In this document: one piece after another, positions 13,190 through 25,500 of the stretch
How positions within the stretch are numbered: the stretch's first letter is position 1
How the letters are laid out: each line of letters starts with the position of its first letter
Assembly (NCBI GenBank): GCA_008632985.1
Contig: QPGO01000172.1
Location: 62,001 to 126,000, forward strand
Length of the DNA: 64,000 nucleotides
Direction: 5' to 3'
Source of the DNA: Psammoneis japonica
Lineage: Eukaryota
Notes under the pieces: model-generated
The model's input: the letters and a program-made list of their open reading frames with translations, nothing else
Database searches by the model: none
What the model was told of the DNA's origin: nothing
Position numbers and translations under genes: made by a program

Positions 13190-16100
13190 TTCTTGTGTTT
13201 GGTGACTGGTTGCTCGGTCCTGCAAGAAAGCAAAAGCGCACATCCATCGCTTGCCCAAAACGTAACACCCCAGAGCAATTATTTCAAGGCCAAGTGAGTG
13301 CTCATGGTCACCGCAGGAGTCCTGGTGCAACTGCAAGAGCACAAAACAATTTGCAATTTGATGAACACCGCTTGCCGCCCCTGCAGTGCAGCGGCCAATC
13401 TCATCAAATCTTGCAACAAATGACTGATCAGACAAGACTTGTCATTGCTTCATTGTCCCATCAATCAAGGAAAAGGGGCTGCCCACAGACATCCAGAAAT
13501 GCCACTGCATGGTCCTGCACCAGTGGTGTTTCTGCTTGGTGGCAGAGAATCATCATGTTCGCACAACTTGCAACATTCCAACACATTGCTGCACACAGCA
13601 ATCTCTTGTTTTGCATGTTTTAGAATGAAGAAGTGTGGAGCCAGAGCCAACAATGAGGTGTTGATGAGTGCTTTCATTGGCTCTCCCAAAGCACCTCTGT
13701 CTGTGACAGTGGTTGAGTGTGTGAGAGAGCATGGCAACATCACAAAGACAAGAGTGGAGAGGTTGTCGGTCATGGAATTTGTCGTGGCAGATCAAGTTTC
13801 CCATGATGCTTCTGAGTCTTGTGAGCACAATGATGCTGACACAATGACTGACATGAACAAGAGGGTAAAAACATGACAAGGCTTTGCAGGATGGGAAGCA
13901 TTGTGTGATGCAAATTCTGTTGCCAGATGCACAATTGCGGGTGCAGTTTTGCAAGTGTTGCACTGTGGTTGAGACTCAATTGGCATCTGAGGCATCCTGC
14001 CCATGCTGTCTCCCAATTGCAACAAGACAACACCAATGGTCCAAGAGAGAGATTTCCTGACAAACTTGCGGTTGGCTCTTGGCAGTCTTTTTCCACAGTT
14101 TGTGGTTGTGAATGCAGCCAATTGCCGGAAACCATCTTTTTGTGAAAGTGTTGCAGCTGGACCTGAATGGTTTGCAACATGATGGACAATCTTCAACTTG
14201 GCCAAGATGAAAACCAAAAACGGTTTTGAGAGGTGTTCTCTGTTTTTGCCCACCTTGCAACTTTGCCAAGCAGAGGCGGGCAAATGGATTTTGAGTTGGA
14301 AAAGGCAGCAATTGCACATGGCAAGAGGGAGTCCAATGCCCTTTGAGAGTGATGCAAAGGAAGGGAACACATCCCAAAATGGCTTGGGCTGTCTTTGTCC
14401 AAGAGCAGCAAGAAACAAATCATGAAAGTCAGTGTCAAAGACATGGCAATGTGGCAGTGCCCCTGCATGTTTGAAAAAAAGCAACAGAACTTGGAGCACA
14501 ACTTTTGCAGTCCCTTTGCGGGATGGCTTGCAAAAAGGGCACAACAGGCCCACGCGATTGGGGTCCATTGAAGCACCATTCCATGGGTCTGGGAGAAACA
14601 ATCAAGGTGTGTGCGCTGCACTCAGTCTCTTCTGTTTGGTGATGACAATGATCCACTGTGCCAAATGTTCTTTGCATGTTGCATCTTTGTCCAGTTGCTT
14701 GAAAAGCTGTGTCCTTTGCTTGTTGGACTTTCTGTGGATTTTGATGAAGAGGAAACAAATCAAGATGACAACAATTTAGAGAGCACAACAAAAGACAATG
14801 TGTGAGGAAACCATTGGTGTTGGTTGCATCTCCTCCGGGAAAGAGGCAGTGCAGAGGGGAGGTGCAATTGGATGAAACAAGCCAAGGCAAATGGCAGCGC
14901 CACGCAAACCTTTGATTGTTGTCACATTGCATGCCCCATGGTGATGACCCTGTCAACAAGGATTGGGTTTGCCATGTTTTCAAATGAGAGCAAGCTGCTG
15001 GTGTCCTTGTGGATGGCACAAAGCAATGTGATGCCAATTTAGAGACTGCAGGAGACAACAAGTGAGGAGGCAGAAAAAAGAGTCATGACTGGTGAGTCGT
15101 CATTGAGTGTTTGCCAAATTGCTTGCAAACTGTTTGCTGAACTGAATGCTTCTTCATTCATGACCCCACAAGGAAAGTGTGCCGGATGCGAAGCGAAAAC
15201 GTTCAAGACAACCGGAAAATTCCAAAAGACAAAGACAGCACTGACACTGAAGGGGAAGGTTCTCAAAGGAAAATGCCTGGCTCACAACGTCCCCATGTTC
15301 GAAACCCAAACCAAATTGGAGAAAGCCACAGCGGACTGCGACAAAGAGAAAGAAACACCAAAAGTGAGTGGCACATCACCCACAGTTCACAAGCGTCGAC
15401 TGACTGTTGAGGAAAAATTGAAAGTCCTTGGCGCACTTTGTGAAATGGAAAGATGCAAGCCACACCAGGAACCACCAAGCGAAAAGGAGAAGACTGACAG
15501 AGAGTGTAAAAGAATGCCTTCAAGCACAGGTGCAAAAAGGCTGAAGAGCCAGATGAAACTGTGCAGAAAGAGCTGAAGGACCGTGCAAACACTGTGGACA
15601 TTTCCAACGTTTCGACATGGACACAATCATTGACGATGAGTTTTCGCTGATGATGAATCCTCCAACAAAAATGAAACCAGACGATTCCACCAATGTGTTG
15701 TGGCCTTGCTGTTGTCTGTTTCAGCGAGCGCGGTGAAACACGTGCTTTTCATGATTGGCTGGAAGAAAGCATTTGGACAGCACCAGTGCCACCGACCGCA
15801 GACAAAGCCCAGAAAGCCTCGGTCGGCAAGCACCTGACAGACTTCGTCAACAACTATTGTGAACTGCTGGGGTGCAAATCTCAAGAACAACTGCAAGATG
15901 ACACACAACAAATCTCCAGAAGGAGGCTGCATTGTTGAATGCACACGAACTTCCAGCGAGGGCTCCCGAACAGATTGGCAGAAAAACTCCAAGAAGAGAA
16001 AGTGGTGCACAGTTGCTTTCAGGATTCTCCCATTGCATCTCCTCCATCACCGAGTGATGCTCCCCAAGAAAGTGTCCAGTCGTCTCCAGCGGCTGCGGAT

Positions 16101-17360
16101 GAACTGTCGTCCCCACCTGCAATTGCATTGTCTGGCGATGGTTGAGCTTTGACGGCGAAAGCCAATGAAGAGGAGGGGGCATCAAAACCATCGAAACCGT
16201 GAAAGGAAAACAAGCAGCACCAGATGCCCTGCCAACCAATGTGGTTCATCCAACACAGTCCCAGCCGTGCTCTCCGAAGCAGCCTCTGTTTCAAGTGGCA
16301 GGCCTCCAGACCCCCCAGAAAGTTCCCAGCATGCCAGGAAAAAGCAGAAGAAAAAGAGGAGTGGAAAGAGAAAAGAAGGTGGTTCGTCAGATGTCGCTTT
16401 GAGACTCTTGGTGTCAGAGAAAGAGGGAAAATGTTGGCAACTGAGTCAAGAGCAGCACCCCATTCAAGGAGAACAAACACTGCCTGGTGTGCCACCGACT
16501 GACCGCGAACCTCCAGAAACATCAGTGGAAGAGCAGGCGATGTCCTGTCAAACGGAGGAAATACAAGCGCAGGCGATGGACCAAGGGATTGTGTCTCCAC
16601 AAGAGAATGGACAGCAAGATGTTGTGGGGGCCTTTGCAGTGTATGGGCAAAGAGTTGAACAACGCAATCACATCGTGTGTCCCTCTGTGGTTAGCGAATG
16701 GACGCGACCAGCCGCGCTCTCGCAACCCGAGACGCCTCGCATTGCCCAAGGAGAAGTTGCACACACCAATGAGGAGTTGCAAGCGCAAATTGAGAACCTT
16801 AAAGCTCAATTAGCTCTGCATGAGAACAATGACAGCTTTTCCCAGTCATCCATGCAAGCAGAAGCTGAGGAAGCAGACAGTGTCGCTGCTGGGTTGCACA
16901 GAGAAATGGAAGCACTTCAGCAGCGAACACATGAAATTCGGTCCCAGTCAGAAGCCGAGGATGCAGACAGTGTCGCTGCTGGATTGCACAGAGAAACAGA
17001 CGCACTTCAGCAGTGGATGCATGAACTTCGGCAGCAAGGAGTTGAGGAAACATGGTCCCGCCCTCCACAGCATCTGTCTGCGAGATTCATCCATCCTTGC
17101 AGTGGCCGTCGAACTGACAGGACGGGGATGTGTGTGTGGGGTAAATGCGGTTGCTTGTTTTGACATTGCAGCAACGCAGCAACAGGAACAAATTTAACAA
17201 TGCGAAAATGGCGTTTCAGCAGAAGAAAGTCGATTGCTTGTAGCAGTTTCTTCAATCCTTTGCATCACGCAAGTCACCGATTTCTTGACCTTTCGAGTTG
17301 AATGCCGTTTGCTGACCGCCTTCTTTTGTGAGTCGGTCTTTGGGTTGAAGATTGTGGCAA
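13190..17360. other. TpA-depleted hypermutated domain 2 (edges approximate)
   Basis: Only scattered TA remain (tttag, cttaa, attag, gtaaa). ORFs are Cys/His-rich and nearly Tyr-free. Confidence 0.85.
16165..17163 (+). pseudogene. Hypothetical diatom-type protein with coiled coil and internal repeat, hypermutated
   Basis: VVGAFAV motif, coiled-coil segment and duplicated ADSVAAGLHRE..ALQQ. Confidence 0.4.
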
Positions 17361-17989
17361 GTTGTGGTTCTCTCATAGAGTCGTGTTGCCTCTCGTTTCC
17401 CTTGCTTCATCGTCACAAATCTCAGCATATGGCTGACTTATCAGTAAGCTCAATTGTATTGACAAAAGAGAATCAAAATTCAATATACCTCGTAATGAGT
17501 TGGACAGTAAGCCACGCTTTCGTGGTATCAACCGATTGAGCAAAAAGAACAGCTTGTCAACTTGCAAAACACCATCCCATTTGCACGCGTTGCTGCCACT
17601 CAACCACGACCCCTTACGGTATTCCACCCACTGTCACCACTGATGTGTAGTGCAAGCTAGCAAGTACAAGTCGCTGTATCTTTCGATAATTTATAAGAAC
17701 CGAAAAATGCGCTTCCTTCCAACCACATCGAGGCTAGAGGTTGCGGCGAAGAGGCGTCTTGGAGCGACGCACCTCCATCAAAAGCTATCAATGTAACCGT
17801 AATCAAACTTCTAGTCGCAGATGAGGGCGGTGTCGGAGGCGCCGGTTGCGGAGAAGGGTTGGGAGTCGGTGGCAGAGTTAGCGGTGGTGAGGGGTTGGGA
17901 GTCGGCGGCGCAGTCCGATGTGGCGATGGCTTTTGAGTTGGCGGTGGAGACGGTGCATCGTAGCACGTGAGTCAGCCGTTACTCCAACG

Positions 17990-18493
17990 GCCATTGAACA
18001 TTGGTCGTGAAACTCAGTCATCCATTCCTTTTCTATCCTTTCTTTCAGCATATCGACGTAAAGCCACCCCTCCTCTCCAGGAAAGGACAAAAAGACGTCA
18101 TATTTAGCGTGATGTTCACCGACACAAAGCTTCATGTGTCTAGCAATATCCAGGCCGAAGTGTACCACATCGTTGAGTTTCTCTTGCAGATGGTCGGAAG
18201 CGAATTTGGTGACACAGGTACCCACTCCCGCAAACAAAAAGCCGTTGCGTGTTGATGACAACCAGAGCACTTGAAACTTTCAACACTATACCACCAAGTT
18301 CTTTGAATGATCTGTCGTCATCCGCGGAGAAACTTGGATTCATCAATCTGTGTGTGTCCTCTATAAAGGACCTCAAGACGTTATTTTCCACTTCACCCGA
18401 TGGATGGGGTTCGACTAGGTGGACGAATACTATTTTGAGCATCTGTGTCGTTTGGTATTTCTTTGTCGGTTGCAGTCGGAGGCGTCTCATCAC
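17990..18493 (-). pseudogene. TIR-domain-containing protein fragment (frameshifted)
   Basis: KYDVFLSFPGE...YVDMLKERIE matches the TIR domain start (YDVFLSFRGED). The upstream part is in another frame. Confidence 0.55.
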
Positions 18494-19391
18494 TTCTTGA
18501 TGCTGATGACACTTGCACCACTTTTGTTAGTCGCTTTGCTCGCCGACAGCTCTTATACTTTTTTCCTCGCTTCCTCTAATTCCCGCATCATTTTCTGTCG
18601 CTCAAGCTCCTCAGGGGTATCATCAGAGCCAAACGAAGCCTCAGAGATATTTCATCGCTTCTTCCGCATCCTGGCATTGTTAGATCGTAGGAGATTATCT
18701 TGAATCTTCTTTGGATTTTTACGTTGTGTTGATGTTATCGATTATCTGGATTGTGGCTAAAGAATACGTCATTTCAAAGGAACATATGAATTAAGAAGAA
18801 GGTGACGAGTAACGTGCCATGGGTTTGATGAAAATTGACATGGTTTCAGCAGCACAATGGCCATGAACCGACGAACGCCGCCATTGTCGAAAGATCGCGA
18901 GGAAAGTTGATGTCAGTGGCACGAATTTTGTGCACCAGATGCACACGTGCATTTCTGCGCTGGCACAAAATTTCATTTCTACGAAGCCAATCGCTGTGGG
19001 CGGGCCAGGTCTAGCTTCGAGGCGTTGAGTTCCTACACAATTAGCTCTAGAGGATGAATGCGTTGAGCTTGGGCATTGATTCGCGAATTGTGGGCATTGT
19101 GCATGTTTTTGTGGGCATTGACGTCGGAAATTTTTGTGGGCATTGACGTCGGAAAGCTAGTTTTTTAGTCATTCAATAAATCACAGTAAAAGCGTTGGAC
19201 ATATATTTATTTATGGGGAGGCGTTGAATCACGATTCTTTTTTTCTACGCATTTGGCCCATAACCTCAAAAAAGTGACTGGACGACTCGTGCGAATGAAA
19301 CTCATTCCAACAACGTGCACACCATGGCGGCACGGCTCCGTTCATGAATACACTGTCACTGGGACAATGTCACAGCGGCAAGAGCATTGAC

Positions 19392-20250
19392 ACAAGGTAA
19401 TTCGAATATGGCGAGTATGATGGTGTTTTGTTTTTGTTGGTATCTTCAAAAGCTTTTGAGTTTCTTTTGCATTTGTGTGGGCAGGGTGGTTGTTGTTTTC
19501 TCCGAAACTTGGCTCTATTCATTAAAATCGGCCGTCAGCGGGACGATATTTTGGCGTCTATAATATTGGTACAAGGTAATTCGAATACGCTGAGTTTGTT
19601 GGTGTAGTTGTTTTGTTGACATCTTCTAAAGGTTTCGTGTTTCTTTGGCATTTAGATGGACGTGGAGGTTTTTTTGTTTTCTCTGGTCGTTGGTTGCCGG
19701 TTGCTTGTGGGGCTAGAAACGATGCAGAAAACTGTAACAGGGCATCCAGTGTTGCTTTGGGTTGTCATGACGAGACACATGCTTGAGCCATTGCAACATG
19801 CGGTCTTGGTGGTGTAGTGAGAGGCCGGAACACAACACATTTTTTTCGCGCTTTGGTTCTCGGTCGGCAGTTGCCGGTTGCTTGTGGGGCTAGAAACGAT
19901 GCAGAATGTCAAAACAGGGCATCCATCATTGATTTGCGTCGTTATGACGAGACACTCATTCGATCTACTACAATTTGCGGTCTTGGAGGTACAGCAACAG
20001 CAATTGGCCGGAACACTGCATTTTTTGGACACACTCGGTCGTTGTTGCCGGAGGTGGCGGGTCGGTGGGGCTAGAAACGACACAGAATGTCAAAATAGGG
20101 TATCCGTCATTGCTTTGGGTAGTTATGACGCGATAAACATCTGATCTACTGCAATTTGCGGTCTTGAAGGTACAGCATAAGAGGCCGGAACACTGCATTT
20201 TTTGGACGCACTATGTGCACTGTTTCGTTGTTGTCGGAGGTGGCGGGTCA
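19392..20250. repeat. Two adjacent diverged ~175-190 bp repeat arrays (2 copies plus 3 copies)
   Basis: acaaggtaattcgaata at 19392 and 19571. gtggggctagaaacga at ~19707, ~19884 and ~20065. Confidence 0.8.
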
Positions 20251-22073
20251 CTCCTACTGTCTAAAGAACAGAGGACGAAAAAATAGAGACTGCAAAGGCA
20301 AAAGAAAACAATGCTTGGCCTATTCGGCTACAGATAATTTATTCACTTGAAGCCGGCATTAGGGCTGGAATGTTCAACCGAACTGGGGCAAGAGTTGTGG
20401 ATCAAGATGTGGATCAACAATCTCTGAAAGGCATTTCACGATACAGAGCTCACAAAGGTGGAAGAATACGAGAGCCGAGGAAACGATGCGAACACTGACA
20501 TGTTTGGAGAATTACCACTTCGCAAGGCTGTGCGGTGCGTGAGTTATCGCATGGAGCACGTCAAACAAGAATTCAGGAAGGCCGTGTATCTTGCATTGGT
20601 AGAAAACAAGGGCGACGACAAGGATTATACTGCAGGCTTGAAGAGCAACGCCGTGAAAAGAGCAAGAAAACTGAAGAGATCACCAAGCAACTTGGCAGGT
20701 TAGAGCATGACATTGAGGAGCTACGCGAGGCTCTAAATGAGAAGATAGGAACTTGGAGTGCTAAACGAAAAACTGCATGGGAAAGATCGCGAGAATGAAC
20801 AGACGAAAAAGATCGACGAGCTACTTGAGGAACTCGGTGGGAAGGATCAGGAAATTTAACTGTTGACAACGTATTTTGAGATTCAGTTGTTGAAAAAATA
20901 GATTGAAATGTTGGAAAGGATGTTGAAAAATGAAATGTTAGACGAATGAAAAGATGAAGGGGGGTTCTTCTCCGCAACTTTTGGTTGTCGTCGGCATCAT
21001 TGTTTTGGAATCATCTGCACCACGTGCTTCCTGCAGTAGAAGTTACATTCGGGCTTATCATAGTAAGTAATGTGATTGGAGACTGACTTATATATGAAAC
21101 GACTGAAGCCGTTTGCTCTATTTTCATAGGTGAAGTTAGTTAACGCACTCGTAAGTTAGTTCTGGTCCTCCGACGTCACAGCGCGCTTGACTATTAATAC
21201 TAGGTACTCTGAAGGCACGACGCGTCGGGAAAGTAGGGCTATCCAAAAGACGAGCGTGGGGGGGGCGATCAAGACGTCCAAGACGAAAAGACAGGAGCAG
21301 CTTAATGCGCGGCCCCTCATCATCTGACGACGCTACATAGAAAAAAATGTATAACAACGAACAAAACCACCTAGATGACGATGAGGTTACATTATGAAAA
21401 CTCTCCCTAGAGCACAAAATCATTGCAATCGATGCAGTCTACTCTCTACTCTAGTACGTTGTTTCGGCTGATAATGCTCCGATCCTGTCTTGCATCTAAT
21501 ATGCTGAGAGGTGCTTAGATTCCATGTCCTCGTCCACGGGCCCGGCAGGCATGAAGACACGAACAAGGTATGATGAATACTCTAGCTTGCGTCGTCCTTG
21601 TAGTACCTCTAGCTAGCTATGGCCCTATCTAGCTCTAGGGCCCTAGGCGCGCTCGCCTCGCTCGAGGATCCACAGCCTCATAGCGCGCTCGACTTCTCAC
21701 GATAGAATGCGCACGACACGAGCGTGACGTTGTTGCGTGCCGCGAGCAAAACGAAACGCAAAACCAAGAAGGCGACGACGAGTCGGTCAAGATGGCACGT
21801 CTTTTGTGTGACAGCGGCTGACGAAAGTAGTTTAGAACTTGTATCCAAAAATGTGGCAACACCAATCCGTACCCACGACACAGCACGACACATGATTGCC
21901 AAACCTACTCGTCGTCTCGCTATTACCCCGGCCCATCACCGAGTCGTGACAACGTTATGTACATTTTTACGTGTTTTGTACCGAACATCATCGGATGCCG
22001 ACCACGCAGTTATTTTTCTGTGTCGAGTGTTGTGTCATAATTTTCAGAATCGCCGTCGATTCACAGCTCAACC

Positions 22074-24116
22074 ATGAAAATTGTTATCAACATCCTTTTC
22101 TGCTTTGCCTTTGTTGCCTCCATGAGCACTGGTGCTGTCGCCGCCAGCCCTCCTGCCTCGCTTGTCGACACGGCAAAGAGCGGTCTTCGAGCTCTTTCGA
22201 TTGCCGCGGCAGAGAGTATCGACGTGATGCACGATGACTTGTCACGCAATGCTTGGAAAATGGCTATTGCTATGGGTAAACTCAGGGGAAAGTTGGAAAG
22301 TTACCACAATGCCCCAACCAGTGCCAGGACCCCCACGGAAGAAGCTCACGTCTCCCCGAGCTTGGTACCCTTTTGCCTATCTCTTAATGACGACCACGAC
22401 CACGACGATTCGCCAGCGACACGTCTTAAACAAGTTCTACAAAAGACTAGGCCCGTGCCGGTTAGGCCAATGGACCGTTCGAAAAGCAGTTTCTGTTTCT
22501 TTTATGAGCACGATAAGGACGAACCAGACTACCTCAAGACCGTGGAGCGAATTCTTCGCGACATTTCTCCGACGATCACGTCCTCCATCGACAACTTCGA
22601 CTTGCACGCTGATACCGAGCCAACCTTTTACGACAGGTTTTGCAACTGGTGGAAGACGGTCGAAGACGTATCGAGTCGCTTGATCACTCAAGTGCAGACT
22701 CAGGCTGGCGTGTTGAAAGAACACAATGTTTGGAAGATGGCTATTACTATGGACAAACTCAAGGGAAAGCTTGACGGACCCCACAATGCCCCAACCAGTG
22801 CCAGGACCCCCACGGAAGAAGCTCACGTCTCCCCGAGCTTGGTGCCCTTTTGCCTATCTCTTAATGACGACCACGACCACGACGATTCGCCAGCGACACG
22901 TCTTAAACAAGTTCTACAAATGACTAGGCCCGTGACGGTTAGGCCAATGGACCGTTCGAAAAGCAGTTTCTGTTTCTTTTATGAGCACGATAAGGACGAA
23001 CCAGACTACCTCAAGACCGTGGAGCGAATTCTTCGCGACATTTCTCCGACGATCACGTCCTCCATCGACAACTTCGACTTGCACGCTGATACCGAGCCAA
23101 CCTTTTACGACAGGTTTTACAACTGGTGGAAGACGGTCGAAGACGTATCGAGTCGCTTGATCACTCAAGTGCAGACTCAGGCTGGCGTTTTGAAAGAATA
23201 TGAGTCTATGCCGCTTAGGATCCAAACTTTGTACAACTCCAGTATCGAAAGGCACCAGTTTGAGTTGAGCTTATACAATTGGGGGAAGAGAGTTGAAGAT
23301 ATCTCGATGCGCTTGATTGCTCGAGTGCAGACTCAGGCTAGTCTTTTGCTTGAACGCAAGTCTATGCCGCTTCGGATCCCAATTTTGTACAGCTCCAGTG
23401 GCGAAAGCCACGGGTTGGGGTTGAGCTCATACAATTGGGGGAAGACAGTCGAAGCCGCCTCGATGCGCTTGTTCACTCGATTGCAGACTCAGGCTCGCCT
23501 TTTGCAAGAAGACAAGACTATGCCGCTTCTCACACCAGCCCTGTTGAAACCTCTTGTCGAAAACCGCCAATTCGAGCTGTTGAGGCATTGGTGGATACGC
23601 GTGAAAGGAATGACGACGACGTTTGGAGCATTTATGCTATTGTCGGACAGACCCAGCATCAAAGAGAAAGTGCAAGACGTATCTAAATGGATTCAGACTA
23701 GTGGTTGGCCTAAGTTGATTGCTAAGCTGTCCTGCATTCAGAGTATTGAGAGCAAACGTTGGCGAAAGAAAATTCGACGAATGAACTCTCGCATCTCGAA
23801 AAGGTGTGAAGCAAAGTCGTCTATGGGGTCGTTTGACATTTACAGTGCGAAGTTGTGTCAGCGTTGGCAAAAGGGAGTTGAACGATTGCGGGCTCGTGTC
23901 TCTAAGCATATTGAGCCCCGTATCGAGAGTGGCAAGTGCAAACGTTGGCGAAAGGAAATTTGACGAATTAATTCTCGTATCTCGAAAAGGTGTGAGACAA
24001 AGTCGTCTATCGAGCCAGGATCATTTGACAGCTACAAAACGAAGTTGTGCCAGCGTTGGCAGAAGGGAACGGAACGAATGCGGGCTCGCATCTCGAAACA
24101 TTGTGAGGCGCCGTAG
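22074..24116 (+). CDS. Secreted repeat protein (signal peptide, 159-aa near-perfect duplication) with probable premature CGA>TGA stop at 23961
   Basis: 629-aa ORF with hydrophobic N-terminus and a 477-bp internal duplication (22248/22725). The C-terminal repeat reads att cga cga in copy 1 and att tga cga in copy 2, and stays in frame to TAG at 24114-24116. Confidence 0.7.
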
Positions 24117-24514
24117 ACACCGGACGGGGGAGGATGCAAACCGAGACGTTTCTTGCATCCCGATAAGCTTCGTGGGGTTGCTTACTACTTTAGAGACAAT
24201 TCAGATTAGAAATTAATCATATTCACAAGAGTGTTCTAGTCGTAGTGTTGTCAAAATACTTCCGATAGCGGTGAGTAGCTCCATGCCTCCCGGCGAGGTG
24301 ATGGAATCATCATGATCTTTGCTAAGGTACGACCTGTAACTGTTCTTACATGGACGTATCATTCTCTCAATTCCAGTGGTACCAGTGTGCCCTTTTGGAG
24401 CATCCTATTGAATTTCTTCATTTGAAGCAAGACCATATGGCTACGGTCATTGTCGAGGTTTTAACTTTTCCTCTCCTTGTAGCAACGCAGTGGCTTGCAA
24501 AGTCTATTCACCTT

Positions 24515-25500
24515 TTACGGCATGAGCTTGTCCAGGTCCACGACAAAGACGGCTCGTGTCTTGAATTCGGTCAGCATCCACATTTCTCGCAGGTCATGAA
24601 ATTCTTCAATGTGCAGATCCTCCAGTCCCGGTGGATACGAGACAACCTTATAGCCATTGCTATGATTTTTCGCCCAAGTTGATTGGTTGTTTTGGCACGC
24701 TTCATCGAAATCGGCGACAATGTGCAAGTGGCTGTCATTGACGGGACCGTAGCTGCTTACGGCCCACAGTACCAATTCACTGTCGTTTTCATTCGACTGT
24801 GCCACGGCAACACCTTGCATTTCGGAAAAGTATGGTGTACACAAGGTCCATGGCGAATCACTAGAATCAGCATTTCGTTTCCACGCCAATCGATTCTCCA
24901 ATCGTGACCGACACTCCAACGAATCGTCGTGACTCGCCAAGACGCTTTCGGAACAATGTGCATAGGTTCCCACAACCATCATGTCCAAATTAGCATTGTA
25001 TGACAAGAAGGACGGCACGGTTGGAACCTCGTACTGGGATTCTTGCACGACAATATACCGATACCCAAAAAAGCGATTCTCATCGTCTTGATTGACTTGG
25101 AAGAGACCCGTCTCGACGTCAATGACTCGTACAATTTGGCTCTTGTCACGCAATCAGGAACATGAAGCTTTCCTTGTCGATAGACCAATCCACCGGCATG
25201 CAAGCTTGGCATGGTGCAATAGTTGGGATCCACCAACAAGACGTGTCGGCATGATCGGGACTCCATATCCGTGCTCCACGATTTTCATAACCTTGATCGG
25301 CACGACCTTGCCAACTAATTAACGCAAAAGCAGTTTCATTCAAGGTTGCCACAGTAAAGCCTTGGTGCTCTCTCGCCTGGCCTTGGACTTGTTCCAGTGC
25401 CAGCAGGTAGAACAAATGCCAATGGCTTGCCCCTTTGTTGTTCATCCATCAGCTGCAGAGCCAACCTTCAAAATTTGCATCAGGTTTTTCATGTGCAGCA
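24515..25500 (-). pseudogene. Hypothetical protein, frameshifted; 5' end lies inside hypermutated domain 3
   Basis: 212-aa ORF with protein-like composition plus upstream ORF 25146-25445 in another frame. Confidence 0.45.

Noticed and set aside
21136..21330. Structured ncRNA (RNase P/MRP-like GGAAAG)
   Set aside because: Other conserved regions were not found
25386..25397. gacttgttccag as another MITE end near the domain 3 edge
   Set aside because: No partner TIR or subterminal similarity, and it lies within apparently continuous coding sequence
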